Positions 18,143 through 27,414 of a DNA stretch of 36,327 nt are shown one piece after another. Under the pieces are notes generated by a model that was not told where the DNA came from, searched no databases, and saw only the letters and a program-made list of their open reading frames with translations. Made by a program: the position numbers and the translations under genes. How positions within the stretch are numbered: position 1 is the first letter of the stretch; each line of letters begins with the position of its first letter. This DNA comes from Promethearchaeota archaeon (GTDB lineage Archaea; Asgardarchaeota; Lokiarchaeia; Sigyniarchaeales; SOKP01). The stretch covers positions 1-36,327 of the forward strand of contig JAHLWH010000149.1 in assembly GCA_019058015.1 (NCBI GenBank), in the 5' to 3' direction.

Positions 18143-18528
18143 AGTTAGAGGGGAGAAAGATTTATAAGGGAATAGCAGAAGCAGAAGCGATTGTAACAAA
18201 AGATGGAATTTCATTTTATGGAGGCGTTGACCCTGATACAGGTAAGGTGGTTGAAGTTGGACATGAATTAGAGGGTCAATCAATAACTGGAAAAGTGTTA
18301 GTTTTTCCTACCGGAAAAGGTTCAACAGTAGGTTCCTATACGATGTATCGGATGAAGAAAAAGAATACAGCTCCAGCTGCAATAGTAAATGAACAAATCG
18401 ACACGATAATAGCAGTGGGTTGTATAATTAGTGAAATTCCTTGTGTGGACAAAATTGATATTAATAATATTAAAACTGGACAAAAAATCATTGTTAATGG
18501 TTCAGAAGGAACTGTAGAGATAAAATAA
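18139..18528 (+). CDS. Aconitase X swivel-domain subunit (DUF126), putative phosphomevalonate dehydratase small subunit
   Basis: ISFYGGVDP.TG, GKVLVFP.GKGSTVGSY and IP.VD. ATGA overlap with the large subunit suggests translational coupling. Confidence 0.9.
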   Translation: MKLEGRKIYKGIAEAEAIVTKDGISFYGGVDPDTGKVVEVGHELEGQSITGKVLVFPTGKGSTVGSYTMYRMKKKNTAPAAIVNEQIDTIIAVGCIISEIPCVDKIDINNIKTGQKIIVNGSEGTVEIK

Positions 18529-18543
18529 AATGGGGTAAAACTA

Positions 18544-19479
18544 ATGGGATTTGGTAAAGGTTATGGAAAAACAATTTTATTTGGCGAACATTTTGTTTTA
18601 TATGGGTTTTTAGCAATCGCATCAGCATTAGGTTCTTCTACGACTGCTAATGTTAAAATTATCGAAGGTAAAGGATGGGTTGTTGATGATCAGAGACTTG
18701 AAACGCCAGGTTATAAAATAAAGAAATTTGATGAAGCACAACAATCCATTAAAAATGTATTAGAGTATCTAAAAATAGATACAGATAGTCAAAAACTTGA
18801 AATAACTTTTGCTGGAGATCTAATTGCTGCGAGTGGAGTTGGTGCTTCAGCGGCTCAATGTACATCATTAGCTCGGGCTTTAAACGACAGCTTTAATCTA
18901 AATTTAGATGATGAAAAGATAAATGAAGCTGCGTATGAAGGAGAGAAAGCTTATCACGGAACCCCATCTGGTATTGACAATACCGCCTCAACTTATGGAG
19001 GATTGATTTGGTTTGTGAAAAATTTGAATGGTGGGAAAAATACTATGGACCTCTTGCAATCACCAATAAAAATACCATTATTAATCGCTAATTCAGGAAT
19101 AACTGCTTCTACGATAGAAGTAGTTGCTGATGTTCGGCGTTTGAAAGATAAAAATCCTAATAAATTTGAGAAAATTTTTAAGGAATATAAAGAAATAGCA
19201 GATAAAGCAAAAATGGCCTTACTTGAAGGAAATATTATTTCTATAGGTAATTTAATGAATCAAAACCACAAATTACTCCAAGAAATTACGGTTTCAGGAG
19301 AAGTTAATGATAAATTAGTTCAAATAGCGTTAAAAAATGGAGCGATTGGTGCTAAAATGACAGGAACCGGGCGTGGTGGTTTAGTAATTGCTTTAGCTGA
19401 AAATAAAGAAATACAAGAAAAAATAGCCAAGGCAATCGAAAAAGAGGGTTATGATGCCTGGAAAACCATAATTGGATGA
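18544..19479 (+). CDS. mvk: Mevalonate kinase
   Basis: GKTILFGEHFVLYG, SGVGASAA, HGTPSGIDN and GAKMTGTGRGG. Confidence 0.94.
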   Translation: MGFGKGYGKTILFGEHFVLYGFLAIASALGSSTTANVKIIEGKGWVVDDQRLETPGYKIKKFDEAQQSIKNVLEYLKIDTDSQKLEITFAGDLIAASGVGASAAQCTSLARALNDSFNLNLDDEKINEAAYEGEKAYHGTPSGIDNTASTYGGLIWFVKNLNGGKNTMDLLQSPIKIPLLIANSGITASTIEVVADVRRLKDKNPNKFEKIFKEYKEIADKAKMALLEGNIISIGNLMNQNHKLLQEITVSGEVNDKLVQIALKNGAIGAKMTGTGRGGLVIALAENKEIQEKIAKAIEKEGYDAWKTIIG

Positions 19480-19491
19480 GATTGATTTAAA

Positions 19492-20301
19492 TTGAATAAC
19501 AATAATGAAATTTATCTATTGAAGTTAGGTGGAAGTTTATTAACTGATAAAAATAAGCCCTTTTCTATTAGAAAAAATGTTGTTAAAAGCGCAGTTCAAC
19601 AAATTATAGATGCTAATGAAAAATTAATATTAATTCATGGAGGGGGTTCGTTTGGCCATCCTCTTGCAAAAAAATATAGTCTTTCAAATGGTATAAATGC
19701 ATCTATTCCAAATCAAATTCTTGGACTTACTGAAACACACCAATCAATGAACAAATTCAATTCCTATCTAATTAATCAATTTTTAGAAAAAAAATATCCT
19801 GCATTATCAATTCAAGCTTCCAGTATTTTCATCAAAGATTCTCAAAATATCTCAACTCAATCGATTAATGTTATTGAAACTGCCTTAGATCTTGATATTT
19901 TACCTATTTTGTATGGAGATATAATCCTTGATTCAAAGGGGTCATTCTCAATTATTTCTGGAGACCAAATCATCGTGGAATTATGTAAGAAAATTAAAAA
20001 TTATAATATCTCTAAGGTTATTTTCGCTATTGAAAAAGATGGATTATTTATCAAAGAAAGAGAGAATGACAAATTGAATATAAAACTAGCGACAGAATTA
20101 AAATTCGAAGATTTAGATAAAATTGAAATTGCTGATTTAGAAAGTAAAATCGATGTAACAGGCGGAATTAAAGGTAAAATTAATAAAATCAAACAAATTT
20201 GCCAACAAAATATTCCCGTTCAAATAATAAATGGTTTAAAAGATGAATTTATACTTAAAGCATTAAAAAATCAAAATATAATTTCAACCAAAATAAAATG
20301 A
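19492..20301 (+). CDS. ipk: Isopentenyl phosphate kinase
   Basis: KLGGSLLTDK, IHGGGSFGHP (IPK His), YGD, ISGD and DVTGGI.GK. Confidence 0.93.
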   Translation: MNNNNEIYLLKLGGSLLTDKNKPFSIRKNVVKSAVQQIIDANEKLILIHGGGSFGHPLAKKYSLSNGINASIPNQILGLTETHQSMNKFNSYLINQFLEKKYPALSIQASSIFIKDSQNISTQSINVIETALDLDILPILYGDIILDSKGSFSIISGDQIIVELCKKIKNYNISKVIFAIEKDGLFIKERENDKLNIKLATELKFEDLDKIEIADLESKIDVTGGIKGKINKIKQICQQNIPVQIINGLKDEFILKALKNQNIISTKIK

Positions 20302-20311
20302 GCACAGAATT

Positions 20312-21394
20312 ATGAATGAAAATGATATAAATAAGAGAAAACTGGATCATCTAAAAATCCCAATTGAATTTGATGTTCAACATTCTGAAAATTATTTCAA
20401 ATATATTAAATTGATTCATCATTCTCTCCCAGAGGTAAATTTTGAAGATATTGATTTAACTACAAAATTTTTTAATAAACAAATATCGGCACCCATATGT
20501 ATTGCAGCTATAACTGGTGGGCATGAAATTTCTAAAGAAATCAATAGGATTCTTGCTACAGCCGCAGAATCAGAGAAGATTATTATGGGGGTCGGGAGTC
20601 AACGCGCTGGATTAGAAGATCTATCAAAGGAGAACTCATTTAAAGTGGTTCGAGAAGTTGCGCCTAATATTCCACTGATTGGAAATATTGGTATTGGTCA
20701 AATAAGTGAGAAAAATTTCAATATTGAAAATTTTAATAAATGCATTGATATGATTAAAGCTGACGTAATGGCAATACATTTCAATGCATTGCATGAATTA
20801 GTTCAGGATAAGGGTAATATTTCATATAGTTTATTCCGTTCAAATTTTCAAAAAATAAGAGAAAAAATTAAGATTCCAATAATAGCAAAAGAAGTTGGAA
20901 CAGGAATCAGTCAGGAAATGGGTTTAATTCTTGAAAACCTTGGATTTGATGGTTTTGATGTAGGTGGATTTGGTGGAACAAGTTTTGCTGCAATTGAATC
21001 TAAGCGAAAAAATTTTATTAATGAAAAATATTCACGTGACCCAGCAGAGCTTTTCAAGGATTGGGGAATACCTACTCCAGTAAGTGTAATTAATATAAGG
21101 AAAGTTTCAAACAAAATTATTATTGCGACTGGTGGGTTGAGAACCGGAGCTGATGTTGCTAAATCCATTGCAATAGGTGCAGATATTGGAGGATTTGCTT
21201 ATAATTTACTCTTAACTGCATGGAAAGATTACCAAAATAAAACAAATATTAATACTATAAATGAAATAAAAACAATAAAACGAGAATTACGTTCTTGTTT
21301 ATGGTTGATGAATTTAAAGAATATAAATGAATTAAAAAATAATATAAATAAAAGAATTATTCTTGGTAAATTACATGAATGGTTAAATCAATGA
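20312..21394 (+). CDS. fni: Type 2 isopentenyl-diphosphate delta-isomerase (FMN-dependent)
   Basis: RK.DH, AITGG, MGVGSQR, H.N...E..Q, KEVG.G, GGTSFA..E, WGIPT and ATGGLRTG. Confidence 0.95.
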   Translation: MNENDINKRKLDHLKIPIEFDVQHSENYFKYIKLIHHSLPEVNFEDIDLTTKFFNKQISAPICIAAITGGHEISKEINRILATAAESEKIIMGVGSQRAGLEDLSKENSFKVVREVAPNIPLIGNIGIGQISEKNFNIENFNKCIDMIKADVMAIHFNALHELVQDKGNISYSLFRSNFQKIREKIKIPIIAKEVGTGISQEMGLILENLGFDGFDVGGFGGTSFAAIESKRKNFINEKYSRDPAELFKDWGIPTPVSVINIRKVSNKIIIATGGLRTGADVAKSIAIGADIGGFAYNLLLTAWKDYQNKTNINTINEIKTIKRELRSCLWLMNLKNINELKNNINKRIILGKLHEWLNQ

Positions 21395-21400
21395 TTCTGT

Positions 21401-22468
21401 TTAGAACTTCCGCTCAATAACATATTTTAATAAATTTTCAAAAAACTCTGCTTCAGACTGATTAATAACAGGAATTAACTCGTTAAGCTGAATCCTAGCA
21501 ATTTTAGCATAATCATTCACTAGGTTCTTACAAGAAAAAACAACCTCAGCTTCAAGGAATAGATCCTTTACTTCTTGAACTTCCTCGTCTTTTATATTAG
21601 GATTTCCAATTAAATCAATGATCCTTTTTCTTTTATTTGAATCTAATTTTTCAAAAGCATCTATTAACAAGCAAGTCTTCTTACCTTCCCTTATATCTCC
21701 ATTTGTGGGTTTTCCAGTAATTTTTTCATCTCCAAAAGTTCCTAATATATCATCGATCATTTGAAAGATAATTCCAAGATTAATAGCATATTTCGAAATA
21801 TTTTGAAGATATTTATCCTCAACTCTAGCATAATTTGCACCAATCAACATAGATTTTTCAATTAATGCACCGGTTTTTAATGAGATCATTTCGATATAAT
21901 CTTGCATTTTTAGGAATTCTTGATTAACCATATCCAATTCGATTAACACACCATCACATATTTCTTGAAAGACCCTTTCATAATACTTAATTGCTCTAAT
22001 ATTTTGGTCGAGATCAAAACCATTATTAAAAAATGCTTCCAATCCAAAAAAGAAAGCAGAATCCCCGCCTAAAATACCTATTGAATTACCAAAATCTTCT
22101 TTATTCATCTTTTTTAAATTAAATCTGGAATGATACTGCTTGAATCTATAATGAAATGCAGGATTATTGCGCCTAAAATCATCCTTATCTATTATATCAT
22201 CGTGAATTAATGAAGCATTATGGAGAAATTCAACTCCCACACTGGGAAAGACTATTTTATCATCTCTTTCAGAGCTAAAAGCATTATATGTGGCTATACA
22301 AACCAATGGTCTTAATCTTTTACCCCCAACCAAAAAATAATCCATTAATTCATTATAATATTCCCTTAAAAAAGGATTTTGGACTTCATTTAATTTGTTT
22401 TCGTATATTTTTTTAATTGAATTGTTTATTTTGGGTTTATATAAATTCAGATATTCAGGAACTTTCAT
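21401..22468 (-). CDS. trans-prenyltransferase (GGPP / polyprenyl diphosphate synthase)
   Basis: GGKRLRP, FARM HDDIIDKDDFRR, KTG, SARM FQMIDDILG and DIREGKKT. Convergent with fni across a 6-bp gap. Confidence 0.93.
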   Translation of the reverse strand: MKVPEYLNLYKPKINNSIKKIYENKLNEVQNPFLREYYNELMDYFLVGGKRLRPLVCIATYNAFSSERDDKIVFPSVGVEFLHNASLIHDDIIDKDDFRRNNPAFHYRFKQYHSRFNLKKMNKEDFGNSIGILGGDSAFFFGLEAFFNNGFDLDQNIRAIKYYERVFQEICDGVLIELDMVNQEFLKMQDYIEMISLKTGALIEKSMLIGANYARVEDKYLQNISKYAINLGIIFQMIDDILGTFGDEKITGKPTNGDIREGKKTCLLIDAFEKLDSNKRKRIIDLIGNPNIKDEEVQEVKDLFLEAEVVFSCKNLVNDYAKIARIQLNELIPVINQSEAEFFENLLKYVIERKF

Positions 22469-22669
22469 AATTACAGCATTTTAAAGTTAATTGAATTCAT
22501 AAGAAAAAGTTAATTTAAAATATATAATTGAAACTTTCCAAATCTTTTTATAGTTTTTCAGAACTTTAAGCGTTTAAATTTTTAAAAATAGTATTTGTAT
22601 GATTTTAATTCCTAATTTAAAAGAGGAATAATTTAATTTTATTTTAAGGAGAATTTCTCTACGTAATTT

Positions 22670-23875
22670 TTAGATTTTTATTAATTCATATTCGATATTA
22701 CCGATTCTATCTTTAACTGCAGCGTCTAATTGCCAAGAAACATTTACCATATTATTTAATGCATTAAATTTTTCGATTCCAGGGGCAGTAGGTTTTGTCC
22801 ATTGCCCATTTTCATTTAAGATTGGAATTCCAGGGGCATTAGTTTCTGCGTCAACACAAGCTTTATCTATTGCAAGAGGGTCAGCTGATCCGAAAATACC
22901 AAGATCAGGCACAATAGGAACACTCGGATTAACTACGCAATCACACATGAGAGTAATTTCTAAAGCAAAATTAATACAACGAATATTTTCTTTACCAAAG
23001 GATGTTAAGACAGCCTTAGCATTATCAATTACACGGCCACAGAATATATCGAAATTAGCAAATGCTGCACTTTTTATTGCTTTTCTCACTGGACATTTTT
23101 CTTTACAACCAAAACAACCAATACAAGTAGAAGGATCGATAACTGCAATTTTATTTATTATCTTTATTGCCCCTACCGGACAGGCTTGAACACATTCTTG
23201 ATTGCATTTTGATATATCGCATTTCTTGGGATTAACTTTTAGATCGCCATCAAAATGAGCTCGAAACTTATTTCGCTTAGTGATACAACCAATTCCAAGG
23301 TTTTTCAAGGCACCTCCAAAACCTGCCTGGGGATGTCCCTTAAAATGCGAGACAATAACAAGTTTATCAAAATCAAAAAGCCCTGCAGCAACAGATACAT
23401 CTTTCAAGTGAATACCATCTATTTCAATAATTTTTCCATCAATTCCATTTTCCCCATCAATAAATTTTAGCGGAGCGCCAATTAAAGACTCATTATATCC
23501 ATGAAGATACGCAGTTTTATTATGTTCAGTTGCAGTTTTTCTGCATCCAAGACAAATTGAGTAATTTTCAGAAATATTTAAGTGCTTGACGTTCATTCCA
23601 TTACCTTGGGTCTCTATAAGTGTAGGAATACCTCCTTTTGATTTAATAAAATCAACAACCTCATGTACATAATCATGACGCAAATAGCGTGTATTATAGG
23701 CTTCTCCAACATGAACTTTTACTCCAACTTTATCTCCAGAATCGATGTTATCCAATATTTTGTCTAAAATTAGGCGTGTTTTTACTAGATTATTTGTTAC
23801 CATATTTTCAGCGGTGTTTTTTATTGCAGCGACTTCATATGGGGGAGCCCAATATACTATTGATTCTTTCGACAT
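22670..23875 (-). CDS. DUF362-domain Fe-S protein with an inserted 2x[4Fe-4S] ferredoxin-like domain
   Basis: VKVHVGE, SHFKGH...GFGGALKNL.IGC, CDC and DP.AIDKA..D. Ferredoxin motifs C....C...C...CP and CIGCFGCKEKCP. Confidence 0.88.
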   Translation of the reverse strand: MSKESIVYWAPPYEVAAIKNTAENMVTNNLVKTRLILDKILDNIDSGDKVGVKVHVGEAYNTRYLRHDYVHEVVDFIKSKGGIPTLIETQGNGMNVKHLNISENYSICLGCRKTATEHNKTAYLHGYNESLIGAPLKFIDGENGIDGKIIEIDGIHLKDVSVAAGLFDFDKLVIVSHFKGHPQAGFGGALKNLGIGCITKRNKFRAHFDGDLKVNPKKCDISKCNQECVQACPVGAIKIINKIAVIDPSTCIGCFGCKEKCPVRKAIKSAAFANFDIFCGRVIDNAKAVLTSFGKENIRCINFALEITLMCDCVVNPSVPIVPDLGIFGSADPLAIDKACVDAETNAPGIPILNENGQWTKPTAPGIEKFNALNNMVNVSWQLDAAVKDRIGNIEYELIKI

Positions 23876-24123
23876 AATAATTTCACAATAATTTACAGAT
23901 ATGAAATTTTTAATTTTTAATTTAATGGATATATTAAATAATTTTACTTATTTGTTCTTGATTTTTTTTTCCTTGAAGTTAGAAAATATATCAACTTCGA
24001 TAACTTAAAAGAAATTTTTTAGTAAAAAGAAGAATAAATTTTAATTTTTCTTAGAAAAATAAAAATTATATTTATAAATAATAATGACACCATATTAGAT
24101 AGAAAACCAATGGTGGATAATTT

Positions 24124-24447
24124 ATGATAAATAAAAAAAATGAAAGGAATCCATTTAAATTAAATTTATTTAAGGCAGATGCTAATTCTAGAAAAAAGAT
24201 TTCAAAAGCCATATTAAAATCCTTAAGAAAAGAATTAATTGAAAAATTAAATAAGAAACTAGACATACTTAAGGGAAAATTTTTTAATATTGATTTCGAT
24301 TCTAAAACTAAAACCTATGCTATGTATGATCCCACCATCACTGAGAAATATTGTGATATTGTCAGTGAAGATGAAATTGGCTTTTTTTTAGAAGCACTAT
24401 TATATGAATATATTGAGTTATATAAAGCAAGAAAAATAAGATTCTAA
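24124..24447 (+). CDS. Hypothetical protein
   Basis: 107-aa ORF with a GGTGGA SD-like motif upstream. No motif recognised. Confidence 0.5.
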   Translation: MINKKNERNPFKLNLFKADANSRKKISKAILKSLRKELIEKLNKKLDILKGKFFNIDFDSKTKTYAMYDPTITEKYCDIVSEDEIGFFLEALLYEYIELYKARKIRF

Positions 24448-24697
24448 GAAATAAAGCAAGGTACTCTCTATTTTACTTCATTTAAGTGTTCATTTTATTA
24501 GAAAATAGATTTTATTTGAATTTATATATCCAAAGAATTACTAGTTAACAGTTTTGATTGGGAAAGCATTATTTTTGATGTTCTAAACACTATATATTCA
24601 TTAAAAAAGTGAAAAAATTATGATGTGAGTCAAAAATTATATTAAAATGAAAAATTTCTTTTAATTAAAGAATACACTTAATAAAAATGCATAACTT

Positions 24698-25495
24698 ATG
24701 AAAAATTTTAAAAAAATGATTTTAACGGCTACAACAGCCAATTCCTGGATTTATCCAGATGTAAAGAATTGGGCTCAAACAACCGATGATTTAATAGAAT
24801 CAATTGTAAAATGTTATGAAGTAGGGGCTTCTATAGCTCATGTTCATCTCCCGAGAGGGGAAGAGGTTGATACTGTTAAAAAAATTAGGGAAAGATGTGA
24901 TATTATAATTCAAGCTGGAATGTCGAGTTATCCAATAGAAGAAAGAGAGGCTGATTTTCAAGCAAAACCCGATATGCTTTCGATAATATTAAATCATCAT
25001 GATGAGTATTTCACGCAAATAAGAGTTAATCAACTCCATACTATTGAGGAATTAGAAAAATATTGCGTGAAATGTAAGGAGTTCAACATAAAACCAGAGT
25101 GGGAAGTATGGCATACTGGGTCTTATTGGAATTTGAATTATCTAATTAATAAAAACTTATTAGAAACACCTCATGTATTAACCTTGTTTTTTAATTGGCC
25201 TGGAGGGACATGGTCTCCTTCGACTGCTGATGAGTATTTGCATAGGATAAAATATATGCCTCAAAATTGTTTACACACAATAAGTGTTATGGGAGAGAAC
25301 CAGATAAAAATTGCAACTCTAGCCATAGCACATGGTGGAAATGTACGAGTAGGAACTGAAGATTATCCTTTTATTAAGAAGGGGATTCCTGCAAAAGATA
25401 ACGCCGAACTTGTAGCTCGAATGGTAAGAATATGTAAAGAAATGGGACGAGAAATTGCAGATCCATCGGAAGCACGGAAAATTTTAGGGGTCTAA
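24698..25495 (+). CDS. Beta-keto acid cleavage enzyme (BKACE / 3-keto-5-aminohexanoate cleavage family, DUF849)
   Basis: GASIAHVH (Zn-binding HxH), KPE.E, GGNVRVGTED, NAELVAR and GREIA.P.EAR..LG. Confidence 0.9.
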   Translation: MKNFKKMILTATTANSWIYPDVKNWAQTTDDLIESIVKCYEVGASIAHVHLPRGEEVDTVKKIRERCDIIIQAGMSSYPIEEREADFQAKPDMLSIILNHHDEYFTQIRVNQLHTIEELEKYCVKCKEFNIKPEWEVWHTGSYWNLNYLINKNLLETPHVLTLFFNWPGGTWSPSTADEYLHRIKYMPQNCLHTISVMGENQIKIATLAIAHGGNVRVGTEDYPFIKKGIPAKDNAELVARMVRICKEMGREIADPSEARKILGV

Positions 25496-25617
25496 TCTAA
25501 TTGTCGGTTCATCAAATTTTATTAGCATAAGAAAAAAGAATTTATATATTTTTATCTTAAGTGAAATTATCATTAATAAGAATTTATTAAATTAAATTTA
25601 AATAAAGAGTTAAAAGT

Positions 25618-27096
25618 ATGAAAATTCAAATAGTTTTTATTGGAAAACCTCAATGGGAGGCTGGCTGGCCTTATTTAGGATATGATAACGAACCTTTGAA
25701 AACATCCATTCTCAACCATCTAAAGAAGAAATATCCAGAAGTTGAATTTAGCCAGAGTGAAACGGTTACAACTGACGATGAACAATTAGTTGAGAAAATC
25801 AAAGAAGATATTTTTAACGCAGATGGGATATTAATCTATACAATTGGGCACTATGGTGAGCCAGCAATAGTAAAAGCAGGCATAGAATTTATCAAAATTG
25901 GGAAACCTACAATTTTAGCAAATTATATTTATGGGGGAGATCATACATTTACAAAAATTTACACTAAAATAAAAGATAAGAATTTGCCTGTAATTCCCAT
26001 ATCTTCACAAAATATCGAAGATTTTGGTAAACCTATTGAAAACATGATTAATATCCTAACTATTAAGGGCAAGAAAGTCTTAGTTTATGCCACCGATTCA
26101 AAAAAGATAAATTGGGAAGGAGTCTTGGGATTAGTAAATCCAGAAAGGAGTAGAATTTTGAAAGATCATCCAGAATTCATTGAACAAATTGGAAAAATGA
26201 GAGAGGAAGAATATGAATTTTATCTCGATTTAGTTGGAAAGGACCAAGCTCATCAATGGAGGAAAGATGAGGATAAATACAGAGAAAATCTTAGAGAAAT
26301 TTTTGGTGTTGAGATGATAAGAGAAAACCCAGAAGACATTAAAAAGTATTATGATGAAATAATTGAAGATCAAGCTGCTAAAATTGCAGAGAAATGGATT
26401 AAAAATGCAAAAGAGATTGAACCTACTGAAAAAACCATTTTAAATTCTGCAAAGTTATTTTTGGCATTTAAACAGATTTTAAAAGATAAAAAATACGATT
26501 TTGTTGCTCCTGACTGTGGAACTTTACTTATAAGTGGTATTTTTCCAGCTTATCCTTGCATGGCTTTCTTTGAATTAAGTAATGAAGGTCTTTATGGAAT
26601 TTGCGAATCGGACATGGATTCTGCTATAAGTTATATTTTTGGTTTATATTTAACTGGACGACCAGGATATGTTTCAAATCATACTCTTGATTTAGTTAAT
26701 AATCAAGTTACTTACATGCATTGTCTTGCTCCAAATAAATTATATGGTGTTGATGGCCCTTCTGCCGAATATGATATTGTATATCACGGAGAAACCGGAA
26801 TTTTAGGAGCATCTCCACGCGTTAAATTTCCAATAGGTGAAATTGCAACTACAATAAAAATTAGTGTTTTTGAAAAAAAAATTGCAATTCGACAAGGAAA
26901 AATTATAGATAATGTCGTAGATAAAAAAGGATGCGTCTCGAAGATGCTTGTAGAAAGTGATGTGAAAGCAATTTTAGAAAATTATGACTGGGAGACTTTT
27001 GGGTGGCATAGATGTACTTTTATCGGCAACTGGAAGGAAGAATTCATGATAGCTGCTAAATTATTAGGCTTAGAGATAGTTGAAGAAGATAAATAA
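25618..27096 (+). CDS. L-fucose/L-arabinose isomerase-like protein
   Basis: C-terminal PC......N.EG...CESD..SA, G...N, MHC..P, C..K and GWHR pattern of FucI/AraA-fold proteins. Substrate unknown. Confidence 0.65.
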   Translation: MKIQIVFIGKPQWEAGWPYLGYDNEPLKTSILNHLKKKYPEVEFSQSETVTTDDEQLVEKIKEDIFNADGILIYTIGHYGEPAIVKAGIEFIKIGKPTILANYIYGGDHTFTKIYTKIKDKNLPVIPISSQNIEDFGKPIENMINILTIKGKKVLVYATDSKKINWEGVLGLVNPERSRILKDHPEFIEQIGKMREEEYEFYLDLVGKDQAHQWRKDEDKYRENLREIFGVEMIRENPEDIKKYYDEIIEDQAAKIAEKWIKNAKEIEPTEKTILNSAKLFLAFKQILKDKKYDFVAPDCGTLLISGIFPAYPCMAFFELSNEGLYGICESDMDSAISYIFGLYLTGRPGYVSNHTLDLVNNQVTYMHCLAPNKLYGVDGPSAEYDIVYHGETGILGASPRVKFPIGEIATTIKISVFEKKIAIRQGKIIDNVVDKKGCVSKMLVESDVKAILENYDWETFGWHRCTFIGNWKEEFMIAAKLLGLEIVEEDK

Positions 27097-27194
27097 TCAT
27101 TAAAATTACCTTTTTATTCATTCTTTTTTAGAAGAAAAAGCTATATAAATAAATTCATGCGTATTTTTGGTTTATCATCGTTATTTTCTCTTAA

Positions 27195-27413
27195 TTATTC
27201 GAATTTTACTATTAAGAATTGTTTTATATCTTTCCTCGGAACAGGGCATCCAAATGTATCATATCCTTCATTTCTGATTCTTTTAATGATATATTTATAC
27301 ATATTTTTTAGAAACCAATCTCTCAGTCTTTGCATATCATATAAATAAAGCTTAACTAACTTCTTTTTCTTCCAATCAAAATATCCATATGAGAGAACTT
27401 CGCTTTCACATTT
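27195..27413 (-). pseudogene. C-terminal fragment (72 codons) of a putative phage-type nuclease-fold protein
   Basis: Not in the ORF track. Open frame KCESEVLSYGYFDWKKKKLVKLYLYDMQRLRDWFLKNMYKYIIKRIRNEGYDTFGCPVPRKDIKQFLIVKFE* with no ATG at its start. It abuts the break point of the truncated MFS. The family resemblance is from memory. Confidence 0.55.
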
Positions 27414-27414
27414 C
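27403..27414 (+). repeat. 12-bp direct repeat CTTTCACATTTC, copy 1 (copy 2 at 35281-35292)
   Basis: Exact match seen. It sits at the junction between the minus-strand fragment and the truncated MFS. Confidence 0.6.

Noticed and set aside
24698-25495. BKACE-derived acetoacetate feeding HMG-CoA synthase in place of the missing thiolase
   Set aside because: It would need an acetoacetate-activating enzyme, which is not seen, and the DUF35-like fusion points to a thiolase elsewhere.
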